Assembly (NCBI RefSeq): GCF_050320075.1
Contig: NZ_CP190018.1
Length of the DNA stretch: 64,000 bases
Source: Escherichia coli
Lineage (GTDB): Bacteria; Pseudomonadota; Gammaproteobacteria; Enterobacterales; Enterobacteriaceae
Reading direction: 5' to 3' (one strand)
Under the pieces are notes generated by a model, which saw only the letters and a list, made by a program, of their open reading frames with translations, was not told where the DNA came from and searched no databases. The position numbers and the translations under genes were made by a program. Positions 38,122 through 47,396 of the stretch are shown here, in pieces; the first letter of the stretch is position 1, and every line of letters begins with the position of its first letter.

Positions 38122-39864
38122 ATGATAAAACCGACGTTTTTACGCCGGGTAGCCATTGCTGCTCTGCTCTCAGGAAGTTGTTTTAGCGCCGCCGCCGCGC
38201 CTCCTCCGCCACCTGTTTCTTATGGCGTGGAGGAAGATGTCTTCCATCCGGTACGCGCGAAACAGGGGATGGTGGCGTCTGTAGATGCTACTGCCACTCA
38301 GGTGGGCGTGGATATCCTCAAGGAGGGCGGGAATGCCGTTGATGCTGCCGTGGCGGTGGGCTACGCGCTGGCGGTAACGCATCCGCAGGCGGGGAATCTG
38401 GGCGGCGGTGGTTTTATGCTGATCCGCTCGAAAAATGGCAATACCACCGCTATCGATTTCCGCGAAATGGCACCCGCCAAAGCGACCCGCGATATGTTCC
38501 TTGATGATCAGGGTAACCCGGACAGCAAAAAATCACTCACTTCGCATCTGGCCTCCGGTACGCCCGGTACGGTAGCAGGTTTCTCGCTGGCGTTGGATAA
38601 ATACGGCACCATGCCGTTGAACAAAGTGGTGCAACCGGCGTTTAAACTGGCACGCGATGGTTTTATCGTTAACGACGCGTTGGCTGACGATCTCAAAACC
38701 TACGGTAGCGAAGTGTTGCCGAATCACGAAAACAGCAAGGCTATCTTCTGGAAAGAGGGCGCGCCGCTGAAAAAGGGCGACAAGCTGGTGCAGGCGAACC
38801 TGGCAAAGAGCCTGGAGATGATTGCCGAAAACGGCCCGGACGAATTCTACAAAGGCACGATAGCGGAACAGATTGCCCAGGAGATGCAGAAAAACGGTGG
38901 CTTGATCACTAAAGAAGATTTAGCGGCGTATAAAGCGGTCGAACGTACACCGATTAGCGGCGATTATCGCGGGTATCAGGTTTACTCCATGCCACCGCCA
39001 TCTTCCGGCGGGATCCATATCGTACAAATCCTCAATATTCTGGAAAACTTCGATATGAAGAAATACGGCTTTGGCAGCGCCGACGCGATGCAAATCATGG
39101 CAGAAGCTGAGAAATATGCCTACGCCGACCGCTCGGAATATCTTGGCGACCCGGATTTTGTCAAAGTTCCGTGGCAGGCGCTGACCAATAAAGCCTATGC
39201 CAAATCTATTGCCGATCAAATCGATATCAATAAAGCGAAGCCATCCAGCGAAATTCGCCCCGGCAAGCTTGCGCCTTATGAGAGTAATCAAACTACCCAT
39301 TACTCAGTGGTGGATAAAGACGGCAACGCGGTAGCGGTGACCTATACGCTGAACACCACCTTCGGGACGGGCATTGTCGCGGGCGAGAGCGGTATTCTGC
39401 TTAATAACCAGATGGATGATTTCTCCGCCAAACCTGGCGTACCGAACGTTTACGGGCTGGTGGGTGGTGACGCCAACGCGGTCGGGCCGAATAAACGCCC
39501 GCTGTCGTCGATGTCCCCAACCATTGTGGTGAAAGACGGTAAAACCTGGTTAGTGACTGGTAGCCCAGGCGGTAGCCGGATCATCACTACCGTGCTGCAA
39601 ATGGTGGTGAACAGCATCGATTATGGTATGAATGTCGCCGAAGCGACCAATGCACCGCGTTTCCACCATCAGTGGTTGCCGGACGAGCTGCGTGTCGAAA
39701 AAGGGTTTAGCCCGGATACGCTCAAGCTGCTGGAAGCAAAAGGTCAGAAAGTGGCGCTGAAAGAGGCGATGGGTAGTACACAAAGCATTATGGTTGGGCC
39801 GGACGGCGAGTTGTACGGCGCATCCGATCCGCGCTCGGTGGATGATTTAACGGCGGGTTATTAA
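38122..39864 (+). CDS. ggt: Gamma-glutamyltranspeptidase
   Basis: Start at MIKPTFLRRVAIAALLSGSC (580 aa); autoprocessing-site context TTHYSVVD. Confidence 0.95.
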   Translation: MIKPTFLRRVAIAALLSGSCFSAAAAPPPPPVSYGVEEDVFHPVRAKQGMVASVDATATQVGVDILKEGGNAVDAAVAVGYALAVTHPQAGNLGGGGFMLIRSKNGNTTAIDFREMAPAKATRDMFLDDQGNPDSKKSLTSHLASGTPGTVAGFSLALDKYGTMPLNKVVQPAFKLARDGFIVNDALADDLKTYGSEVLPNHENSKAIFWKEGAPLKKGDKLVQANLAKSLEMIAENGPDEFYKGTIAEQIAQEMQKNGGLITKEDLAAYKAVERTPISGDYRGYQVYSMPPPSSGGIHIVQILNILENFDMKKYGFGSADAMQIMAEAEKYAYADRSEYLGDPDFVKVPWQALTNKAYAKSIADQIDINKAKPSSEIRPGKLAPYESNQTTHYSVVDKDGNAVAVTYTLNTTFGTGIVAGESGILLNNQMDDFSAKPGVPNVYGLVGGDANAVGPNKRPLSSMSPTIVVKDGKTWLVTGSPGGSRIITTVLQMVVNSIDYGMNVAEATNAPRFHHQWLPDELRVEKGFSPDTLKLLEAKGQKVALKEAMGSTQSIMVGPDGELYGASDPRSVDDLTAGY

Positions 39865-39867
39865 GGT

Positions 39868-39900
39868 TAGCGGCCCTCTTCGTGGGAAGAGGGCCGTATT
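39868..39900 (+). terminator. ggt terminator hairpin
   Basis: ggccctcttc gtgg gaagagggcc stem-loop after the ggt stop. Confidence 0.6.
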
Positions 39901-39929
39901 GTCAGGGCAAGCCGGGTAATGACTCCAAC

Positions 39930-40433
39930 TTACTGATAGTGTTTTATGTTCAGATAATGCCCGATGACTTTGTCATGCAGCTCCACCGATTTTGAGAACG
40001 ACAGTGACTTCCGTCCCAGCCTTGCCAGATGTTGTCTCAGATTCAGGTTATGTCGCTCAATGCGCTGAGTGTAACGCTTGCTGATTACGTGCAGCTTTCC
40101 CTTCAGGCGGGATTCATACAGCGGCCAGCCATCCGTCATCCATACCACGACCTCAAAGGCCGACAGCAGGCTCAGAAGACGCTCCAGTGTGGCCAGAGTG
40201 CGTTCACCGAAGACGTGCGCCACAACCGTCCTCCGTATCCTGTCATACGCGTAAAACAGCCAGCGCTGACGTGATTTAGCACCGACGTAGCCCCACTGTT
40301 CGTCCATTTCAGCGCAGACAATCACATCACTGCCCGGCTGTATGCGCGAGGTTACCGACTGCGGCCTGAGTTTTTTAAGTGACGTAAAATCGTGTTGAGG
40401 CCAACGCCCATAATGCGGGCGGTTGCCCGGCAT
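39930..40433 (-). CDS. insB: IS1 transposase InsB (expressed as InsAB' by -1 frameshift)
   Basis: 167-aa ORF, recognised as the IS1 InsB frame from its sequence and position within the element. Confidence 0.9.
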   Translation of the reverse strand: MPGNRPHYGRWPQHDFTSLKKLRPQSVTSRIQPGSDVIVCAEMDEQWGYVGAKSRQRWLFYAYDRIRRTVVAHVFGERTLATLERLLSLLSAFEVVVWMTDGWPLYESRLKGKLHVISKRYTQRIERHNLNLRQHLARLGRKSLSFSKSVELHDKVIGHYLNIKHYQ

Positions 40434-40627
40434 CCAACACCATTCATGGCCATATCAATGATTTTCTGGTGTGTACCGGGTTGAGAAGCGGTGTAAGTGA
40501 ACTGCAGTTGCCATGTTTTACGGCAGTGAGAGCAGAGATAGCGCTGATGTCCGGCAGTACTTTTACCGTTACGCACCACGCCTTCAGTAGCTGAGCAGGA
40601 GGGACAACTGATGGAGATGGAAGCCAC
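40352..40627 (-). CDS. insA: IS1 protein InsA
   Basis: 91 aa, Cys-rich zinc-finger N-terminus ([14 protein letters not shown]...CSHCRKTW). Confidence 0.9.
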   Translation of the reverse strand: MASISISCPSCSATEGVVRNGKSTAGHQRYLCSHCRKTWQLQFTYTASQPGTHQKIIDMAMNGVGCRATARIMGVGLNTILRHLKNSGRSR

Positions 40628-40655
40628 GGGAGCACCTCAAAAACACCATCATACA

Positions 40656-41114
40656 CTAAATCAGTAAGTTGGCACCATTACCGGTATTTGCGATAAGATG
40701 TTGACAGAGGATAAATTCATAACTAACAGTTAATGTTTCTGTATCCAGTTGATTTTCAATGATCTGATGATGAATAGCCGATAAAAAAGCGCCTCTTAGT
40801 TGTATATAATAATACTTTCCCCATCTACCAAATCTATTTATTCGATAGAAGTCAAATTCCATAAATAATTGTTCATTATTGTTAATGGAATTAATAAATA
40901 ATGGAGTGCTTTTATCAATTAATTTACAAAATGTTATACCATGAAACTGTGAACCAAGCCCCGTATTAGTAATACTATTTAAGAATGAGAATGTAAATAT
41001 TTCATCCTCATGCCCGCTCTGCCAGCGATTACCTGTAGACTCAGAAGTCCCACAACCTGCGGAGATGCTTCCTTGTTGTTCTCCCGTTACTGTCAGGTAA
41101 ACAATATTACTCAT
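40656..41114 (-). pseudogene. Hcp-domain gene fragment (yhhZ-like Hcp-effector N-terminus) truncated by IS1; last ~9 codons and the stop lie in the IS1 end
   Basis: 152-aa ORF with Hcp hallmark KLIDKSTPLF; ORF runs into the IS1 terminal repeat (40656-40682). Confidence 0.7.
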
Positions 41115-41349
41115 CCATGAAAAGTCCTTTTATGGCATGCTATTTTATCAATGGCACTATTATGCTTGTTAATTGTTATTTATTTACTCCAGGAAATTGT
41201 AGGCGTATATATTAAAAAATAAAATATTACACTTTAGGACGTAATTATGAGGTAAATCTTATATATTTATTGGGAAAATAAATACATTAAAAGAAGGTAT
41301 GCCGATTTTGAATGACACCCTTTTTCCATCTCAGAAAAAGGGCACTATC

Positions 41350-41838
41350 TTACTTCACCCGCGCCATATAATACGCATCGACATATTCACCATTACGTAA
41401 TGCGTACTTCTTGCCAGTCCCTTCAATCTCAAATCCAAATTTTTTATAGACTTTAATTGCTGGCGCGTTATCGATGAACACCGTTAGCTCAATACGATCT
41501 ACCCGCAACCAGTTGTCGCACATTTCAATCATCTCTCGCATCAGGGCGCTGGCGACGCCGCGATTCTTCCAACGGGAGTCGACACAAATACCAAAATCTG
41601 CAACATGACTGCGGCGTGGGCGCTGTTGCACGTCAATGGTGAGATGGCCCACGACGTCTCCATCAATACAGGCGACGAGTTGCTTGATGCCGGGACGATC
41701 GGCGAGTCGCTCCTGCCACATATGATCGGAAGGATGAGGCACCTGTAGCGTGTTGCAATACACCTCCGGCTGGGCGTGAATCTGCCTGATGGCCTCGTAA
41801 TCGCGCGTTTCAGCATGGCGTATCACTATCTCACTCAT
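41350..41838 (-). CDS. yhhY: GNAT-family N-acetyltransferase YhhY
   Basis: Start at MSEIVIRHAETRDYEAIRQIH (162 aa); acetyl-CoA motif RWKNRGVASALM. Confidence 0.85.
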   Translation of the reverse strand: MSEIVIRHAETRDYEAIRQIHAQPEVYCNTLQVPHPSDHMWQERLADRPGIKQLVACIDGDVVGHLTIDVQQRPRRSHVADFGICVDSRWKNRGVASALMREMIEMCDNWLRVDRIELTVFIDNAPAIKVYKKFGFEIEGTGKKYALRNGEYVDAYYMARVK

Positions 41839-41926
41839 TCCTTTGTCCTCTTTGGGGTAAATGTCCCTTTCAACATCATTGACTTTCAAATGCGAGTCAA
41901 ATGCATTTTTTTTGCAAAAAGTGTTG

Positions 41927-41957
41927 GACAAGTGCGAATGAGAATGATTATTATTGT
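41927..41957 (+). promoter_or_regulatory. Fur box / promoter of ryhB
   Basis: aatgagaatgattattattgtc resembles the Fur consensus gataatgataatcattatc, immediately upstream of RyhB. Confidence 0.6.
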
Positions 41958-41960
41958 CTT

Positions 41961-42050
41961 GCGATCAGGAAGACCCTCGCGGAGAACCTGAAAGCACGAC
42001 ATTGCTCACATTGCTTCCAGTATTACTTAGCCAGCCGGGTGCTGGCTTTT
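41961..42050 (+). ncRNA. ryhB: RyhB small RNA (Fur-repressed iron-sparing sRNA)
   Basis: gcgatcaggaagaccctcgcggagaacctgaaagcacgacattgctcacattgcttccagtattacttagccagccgggtgctggcttttttttt matches RyhB as I recall it, including terminator hairpin and T-run; between yhhY and yhhX as in K-12. Confidence 0.9.
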
Positions 42051-42172
42051 TTTTTGATCTTTCGTTTTCAATTTATCCACGGGAAGTGCTTGTGTTCGTT
42101 ATGCGCACTCCAGTAGGAACCACGTCCGCTTTGCGCTAAGGTGTAAATAATCACCTTAAAAAGGACGAAATC

Positions 42173-43210
42173 ATGGTCATCAACTGCGCCTTTATTGGCT
42201 TCGGCAAAAGCACCACCCGTTACCATCTGCCGTATGTACTTAACCGCAAGGATAGCTGGCATGTCGCGCATATTTTTCGCCGCCATGCGAAGCCGGAAGA
42301 ACAGGCCCCCATTTACTCTCATATCCATTTCACCAGCGATCTCGACGAAGTACTAAACGATCCCGATGTTAAGCTGGTTGTGGTCTGCACCCATGCAGAC
42401 AGCCACTTCGAGTACGCGAAGCGCGCGCTGGAAGCCGGGAAAAATGTGCTGGTCGAAAAACCGTTCACCCCGACGCTTGCCCAGGCGAAGGAGCTGTTTG
42501 CGCTGGCGAAAAGCAAAGGACTGACCGTCACGCCGTATCAGAATCGTCGTTTTGATTCCTGCTTCCTGACAGCGAAAAAAGCGATTGAAAGTGGCAAGTT
42601 GGGAGAGATTGTCGAAGTGGAAAGCCATTTTGACTATTACCGCCCGGTGGCAGAAACCAAACCTGGGCTGCCGCAGGATGGCGCGTTCTATGGTCTTGGT
42701 GTGCATACGATGGACCAGATTATTTCTCTGTTCGGTCGCCCGGATCACGTCGCTTATGACATCCGCAGCCTGCGTAATAAAGCCAATCCTGACGACACCT
42801 TTGAAGCGCAGCTGTTTTATGGCGACCTGAAAGCCATCGTCAAAACCAGCCATCTGGTGAAAATCGATTATCCGAAATTTATCGTTCACGGTAAGAAAGG
42901 TTCGTTTATTAAATACGGTATCGACCAGCAGGAAACCAGCCTCAAGGCTAATATTATGCCGGGCGAACCGGGATTCGCAGCGGATGATTCGGTCGGTGTG
43001 CTGGAGTATGTCAATGACGAGGGTGTGACGGTCAGAGAAGAGATGAAGCCGGAGATGGGCGATTACGGGCGCGTTTATGATGCGTTGTATCAAACCATCA
43101 CCAACGGTGCGCCAAATTACGTCAAGGAATCTGAAGTTCTTACCAATCTGGAAATCCTTGAACGAGGATTTGAGCAAGCCTCTCCCTCCACAGTGACTCT
43201 CGCGAAGTAA
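42173..43210 (+). CDS. yhhX: Gfo/Idh/MocA-family oxidoreductase YhhX
   Basis: 345 aa, N-terminal Rossmann fold. Confidence 0.85.
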   Translation: MVINCAFIGFGKSTTRYHLPYVLNRKDSWHVAHIFRRHAKPEEQAPIYSHIHFTSDLDEVLNDPDVKLVVVCTHADSHFEYAKRALEAGKNVLVEKPFTPTLAQAKELFALAKSKGLTVTPYQNRRFDSCFLTAKKAIESGKLGEIVEVESHFDYYRPVAETKPGLPQDGAFYGLGVHTMDQIISLFGRPDHVAYDIRSLRNKANPDDTFEAQLFYGDLKAIVKTSHLVKIDYPKFIVHGKKGSFIKYGIDQQETSLKANIMPGEPGFAADDSVGVLEYVNDEGVTVREEMKPEMGDYGRVYDALYQTITNGAPNYVKESEVLTNLEILERGFEQASPSTVTLAK

Positions 43211-43332
43211 GTTTGATGGCCCCTCGAATAGTTCAATTTTTTTGAACAGAGGGGTCAATTTTCACCCTCTATCATCCCAGGCGGATCGGGTCCACACTAA
43301 GCCCATCGAAATCATTCAGGGGGCGAATAAAA

Positions 43333-44028
43333 ATGATCTACTTACGCAAAGCAAATGAACGTGGTCATGCAAATCATGGCTGGCTGGACTCCTGGCATAC
43401 TTTCTCTTTTGCCAACTATTACGATCCGAACTTTATGGGCTTCTCCGCGCTGCGCGTGATTAACGACGACGTGATTGAAGCAGGGCAGGGCTTCGGCACT
43501 CACCCGCATAAAGATATGGAAATTTTGACCTACGTGCTGGAAGGTACTGTTGAGCATCAGGACAGCATGGGCAATAAAGAGCAGGTTCCGGCGGGTGAGT
43601 TCCAGATTATGAGTGCGGGTACGGGTATTCGTCACTCAGAGTACAACCCAAGCAGCACCGAGCGTCTGCATCTGTATCAAATCTGGATCATGCCTGAAGA
43701 AAACGGTATTACGCCGCGTTATGAACAGCGTCGCTTCGATGCCGTACAGGGCAAACAGCTGGTGCTCTCGCCGGATGCGCGTGATGGTTCGCTGAAAGTG
43801 TATCAGGATATGGAACTGTACCGCTGGGCGCTGGTAAAAGATGAGCAGTCGGTGCATCAGATTGCCGCTGAACGCCGCGTCTGGATTCAGGTGGTGAAAG
43901 GCAATGTCACCATTAACGGCGTGAAAGCCTCGACCAGCGATGGTCTGGCAATCTGGGATGAGCAGGCAATCTCCATTCATGCGGATAGCGACAGCGAAGT
44001 GTTACTGTTCGATCTGCCGCCGGTTTAA
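43333..44028 (+). CDS. yhhW: Pirin-like cupin (quercetin 2,3-dioxygenase) YhhW
   Basis: 231 aa; cupin His motif GFGTHPHKDMEI. Confidence 0.85.
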   Translation: MIYLRKANERGHANHGWLDSWHTFSFANYYDPNFMGFSALRVINDDVIEAGQGFGTHPHKDMEILTYVLEGTVEHQDSMGNKEQVPAGEFQIMSAGTGIRHSEYNPSSTERLHLYQIWIMPEENGITPRYEQRRFDAVQGKQLVLSPDARDGSLKVYQDMELYRWALVKDEQSVHQIAAERRVWIQVVKGNVTINGVKASTSDGLAIWDEQAISIHADSDSEVLLFDLPPV

Positions 44029-44251
44029 AACTCAACGGCATCTTTGAAGCCTGCCTTTTTGCAGGCTTCCTCACTCGCTCCGGTCGCGTGCTGATGTACG
44101 CTTCCGGGGTTTTGCCGCGTCGTTAGCACAATGCGATGCAATTGATTTAGTGTATATCTAATAATTGTAAACAAGCACTGTTTTCCCCGGGAAGGTTCTG
44201 ATGCGTCCGTGTTAAACTAAGAGAATCTATCTCTTTTGTACCTTCAGGACG

Positions 44252-45247
44252 ATGAAAAAGAAAAGACCCGTACTTCAGGATGTGGCTGACCGTGTAGGCG
44301 TGACCAAAATGACGGTCAGCCGTTTTTTACGCAACCCGGAGCAGGTTTCCGTCGCTCTACGCGGCAAGATTGCCGCCGCTCTTGATGAACTGGGTTATAT
44401 TCCCAATCGCGCGCCCGATATCCTCTCTAATGCCACCAGCCGGGCGATTGGCGTCCTGTTACCTTCTCTCACCAACCAGGTTTTCGCGGAAGTATTACGC
44501 GGAATCGAAAGCGTCACCGACGCGCACGGTTATCAAACTATGCTGGCGCACTACGGTTATAAACCGGAAATGGAGCAAGAACGCCTCGAATCAATGCTCT
44601 CATGGAATATCGATGGACTGATCCTCACCGAACGTACCCACACGCCACGCACCTTAAAGATGATTGAAGTGGCGGGGATTCCGGTGGTGGAGTTGATGGA
44701 CAGCAAGTCGCCGTGCCTCGATATTGCCGTCGGTTTTGATAACTTTGAAGCGGCACGCCAGATGACCACCGCCATTATTGCTCGCGGGCATCGCCACATT
44801 GCCTATCTCGGCGCACGTCTCGACGAACGTACTATCATCAAACAGAAGGGATACGAACAGGCGATGCTGGATGCAGGCCTGGTGCCGTATAGCGTGATGG
44901 TTGAGCAATCTTCTTCTTACTCTTCCGGTATTGAACTGATTCGCCAGGCGAGGCGGGAATATCCGCAGCTGGATGGCGTGTTCTGTACTAATGATGACCT
45001 GGCGGTCGGCGCGGCGTTTGAATGCCAGCGTCTGGGGTTGAAAGTTCCTGACGATATGGCGATTGCCGGTTTCCATGGTCATGACATTGGTCAGGTGATG
45101 GAACCACGGTTGGCGAGCGTACTGACGCCGCGTGAGCGGATGGGCAGTATTGGCGCTGAACGCCTGCTGGCGCGTATTCGTGGCGAATCTGTGACACCGA
45201 AAATGTTAGATTTAGGTTTCACCTTGTCACCGGGCGGATCTATTTAA
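44252..45247 (+). CDS. gntR: Gluconate repressor GntR (LacI family)
   Basis: 331 aa; N-terminal HTH LQDVADRVGVTKMTVSRFL. Confidence 0.9.
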   Translation: MKKKRPVLQDVADRVGVTKMTVSRFLRNPEQVSVALRGKIAAALDELGYIPNRAPDILSNATSRAIGVLLPSLTNQVFAEVLRGIESVTDAHGYQTMLAHYGYKPEMEQERLESMLSWNIDGLILTERTHTPRTLKMIEVAGIPVVELMDSKSPCLDIAVGFDNFEAARQMTTAIIARGHRHIAYLGARLDERTIIKQKGYEQAMLDAGLVPYSVMVEQSSSYSSGIELIRQARREYPQLDGVFCTNDDLAVGAAFECQRLGLKVPDDMAIAGFHGHDIGQVMEPRLASVLTPRERMGSIGAERLLARIRGESVTPKMLDLGFTLSPGGSI

Positions 45248-45326
45248 GCCCACAAATTTGAAGTAGCTCACACTTATACACTTAAGGCACGGATGGATAT
45301 TGCTTCTGATATTGTCCGGCCGGACA

Positions 45327-45355
45327 ATGTTACCGATAACAGTTACCCGTAACAT
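45327..45355 (+). promoter_or_regulatory. GntR operator(s) in gntK promoter
   Basis: atgttaccgataacagttacccgtaacat contains ATGTTACC...GTAACAT half-sites typical of GntR operators; preceded by perfect palindrome attgtccggccggacaat (45311-45328). Confidence 0.6.
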
Positions 45356-45385
45356 TTTTATTTCTTGTATTGTGGGGGCACCACT

Positions 45386-45913
45386 TTGAGCACGACTAAC
45401 CATGATCACCACATTTACGTCTTGATGGGCGTATCGGGCAGCGGCAAATCTGCGGTCGCCAGTGAAGTGGCGCATCAACTTCATGCCGCGTTTCTTGATG
45501 GCGATTTCCTCCATCCAAGGCGCAATATCGAAAAAATGGCGTCTGGTGAACCGCTGAATGACGACGATCGCAAACCGTGGTTGCAGGCGCTGAACGACGC
45601 CGCGTTTGCTATGCAGCGCACCAATAAAGTGTCGCTGATCGTCTGTTCTGCACTGAAAAAACACTATCGCGACTTGCTGCGTGAAGGTAATCCGAATCTC
45701 TCGTTCATCTACCTGAAAGGCGATTTTGATGTGATTGAAAGCCGCCTGAAAGCGCGCAAAGGCCATTTCTTTAAAACCCAAATGTTGGTGACGCAGTTTG
45801 AAACGCTGCAGGAGCCGGGTGCGGACGAAACCGATGTACTGGTGGTGGATATCGATCAACCGCTGGAAGGTGTTGTGGCAAGCACCATTGAGGTTATTAA
45901 AAAAGGCAAATAA
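45386..45913 (+). CDS. gntK: Gluconokinase GntK (TTG start)
   Basis: Begins (L/M)STTNHDHHIYVLMGVSGSGKS (175 aa); P-loop. Confidence 0.85.
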   Translation: MSTTNHDHHIYVLMGVSGSGKSAVASEVAHQLHAAFLDGDFLHPRRNIEKMASGEPLNDDDRKPWLQALNDAAFAMQRTNKVSLIVCSALKKHYRDLLREGNPNLSFIYLKGDFDVIESRLKARKGHFFKTQMLVTQFETLQEPGADETDVLVVDIDQPLEGVVASTIEVIKKGK

Positions 45914-45916
45914 GTA

Positions 45917-47257
45917 GTGACTACATTAACGCTTGTTTTAACAGCAGTAGGGTCTGTTTTACTGCTGCTGTTTTTAGTCATGAAGGCGCGTATGCACGCT
46001 TTCCTGGCTTTGATGGTGGTGTCCATGGGGGCTGGCCTTTTTTCCGGTATGCCGCTCGATAAAATCGCAGCGACGATGGAAAAAGGGATGGGAGGCACCC
46101 TCGGCTTCCTGGCGGTGGTTGTCGCCCTGGGAGCTATGTTTGGCAAGATCTTACATGAAACCGGCGCAGTCGATCAGATTGCCGTCAAAATGCTCAAATC
46201 CTTCGGTCACAGCCGCGCGCATTATGCCATCGGCCTTGCGGGGCTGGTCTGTGCGCTACCGCTGTTCTTTGAAGTGGCGATTGTTCTGCTGATTAGCGTT
46301 GCTTTCTCAATGGCGCGCCACACCGGTACGAACCTGGTGAAGCTGGTAATCCCATTATTCGCAGGCGTGGCGGCCGCGGCTGCGTTCCTGGTGCCTGGAC
46401 CAGCGCCAATGCTGCTGGCATCGCAGATGAATGCCGACTTTGGCTGGATGATCCTGATTGGCCTGTGTGCGGCAATTCCGGGAATGATTATTGCCGGGCC
46501 GCTGTGGGGTAATTTCATCAGCCGCTACGTGGAGCTGCATATTCCTGACGACATCAGCGAACCACATCTCGGCGAAGGCAAAATGCCATCTTTCGGATTC
46601 AGCCTGTCGCTGATCCTGTTGCCGCTGGTGCTGGTAGGGCTGAAAACCATTGCCGCGCGTTTTGTGCCAGAAGGCTCTACCGCTTACGAATGGTTCGAGT
46701 TTATTGGTCATCCGTTTACCGCGATTCTGGTTGCTTGTCTGGTGGCGATTTATGGCCTGGCAATGCGTCAGGGCATGCCAAAAGACAAAGTGATGGAGAT
46801 TTGCGGTCACGCGCTGCAACCGGCGGGGATCATTCTGCTGGTGATTGGTGCAGGCGGCGTGTTCAAACAGGTGCTGGTTGACTCTGGCGTAGGTCCGGCA
46901 CTGGGCGAAGCGTTAACCGGCATGGGCCTGCCGATTGCCATCACCTGCTTCGTGCTGGCAGCTGCAGTGCGCATCATTCAGGGTTCTGCCACCGTTGCCT
47001 GTTTAACGGCGGTGGGACTGGTGATGCCGGTTATTGAACAACTGAACTACTCCGGTGCGCAAATGGCGGCGCTGTCGATTTGTATCGCCGGTGGTTCGAT
47101 TGTTGTCAGCCACGTTAACGACGCCGGTTTCTGGTTGTTCGGTAAATTTACCGGCGCGACCGAAGCCGAAACGCTGAAAACCTGGACCATGATGGAAACC
47201 ATACTCGGCACTGTTGGTGCCATCGTTGGGATGATTGCGTTCCAGCTGTTGAGTTAA
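45917..47257 (+). CDS. gntU: Low-affinity gluconate transporter GntU (GntP family)
   Basis: 446-aa polytopic membrane protein. Confidence 0.9.
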   Translation: MTTLTLVLTAVGSVLLLLFLVMKARMHAFLALMVVSMGAGLFSGMPLDKIAATMEKGMGGTLGFLAVVVALGAMFGKILHETGAVDQIAVKMLKSFGHSRAHYAIGLAGLVCALPLFFEVAIVLLISVAFSMARHTGTNLVKLVIPLFAGVAAAAAFLVPGPAPMLLASQMNADFGWMILIGLCAAIPGMIIAGPLWGNFISRYVELHIPDDISEPHLGEGKMPSFGFSLSLILLPLVLVGLKTIAARFVPEGSTAYEWFEFIGHPFTAILVACLVAIYGLAMRQGMPKDKVMEICGHALQPAGIILLVIGAGGVFKQVLVDSGVGPALGEALTGMGLPIAITCFVLAAAVRIIQGSATVACLTAVGLVMPVIEQLNYSGAQMAALSICIAGGSIVVSHVNDAGFWLFGKFTGATEAETLKTWTMMETILGTVGAIVGMIAFQLLS

Positions 47258-47271
47258 TTACTGCGACAAAT

Positions 47272-47299
47272 TACTGCGAGCTTGCTCGCAGTAATTCAT
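47272..47299 (+). terminator. Palindromic hairpin downstream of gntU (probable terminator)
   Basis: Perfect inverted repeat aattactgcgagc tt gctcgcagtaatt; no strong T-run. Confidence 0.45.
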
Positions 47300-47396
47300 T
47301 TCTCTTATCTCCTCTCTTCATCTTTTTGATCTCTCTCGCAAATTTACCTGCTAATAATCCGTTCTAATCACTGCCTAAAGATCGCAGGAGATAAAG

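Larger units (their letters stand above)
39915..40682 (-). mobile_element. IS1 insertion sequence (768 bp), complete with both terminal inverted repeats
   Basis: Ends ggtaatgactccaacttactgatagtg... and ...cactaaatcagtaagttggcaccattacc; encodes InsA and InsB; no matching 8-9 bp direct repeats at the flanks. Confidence 0.95.

Noticed and set aside
42353-43258. 301-aa minus-strand ORF overlapping yhhX
   Set aside because: It is antisense to yhhX, which has a clear Rossmann-fold oxidoreductase sequence, and has no independent support.
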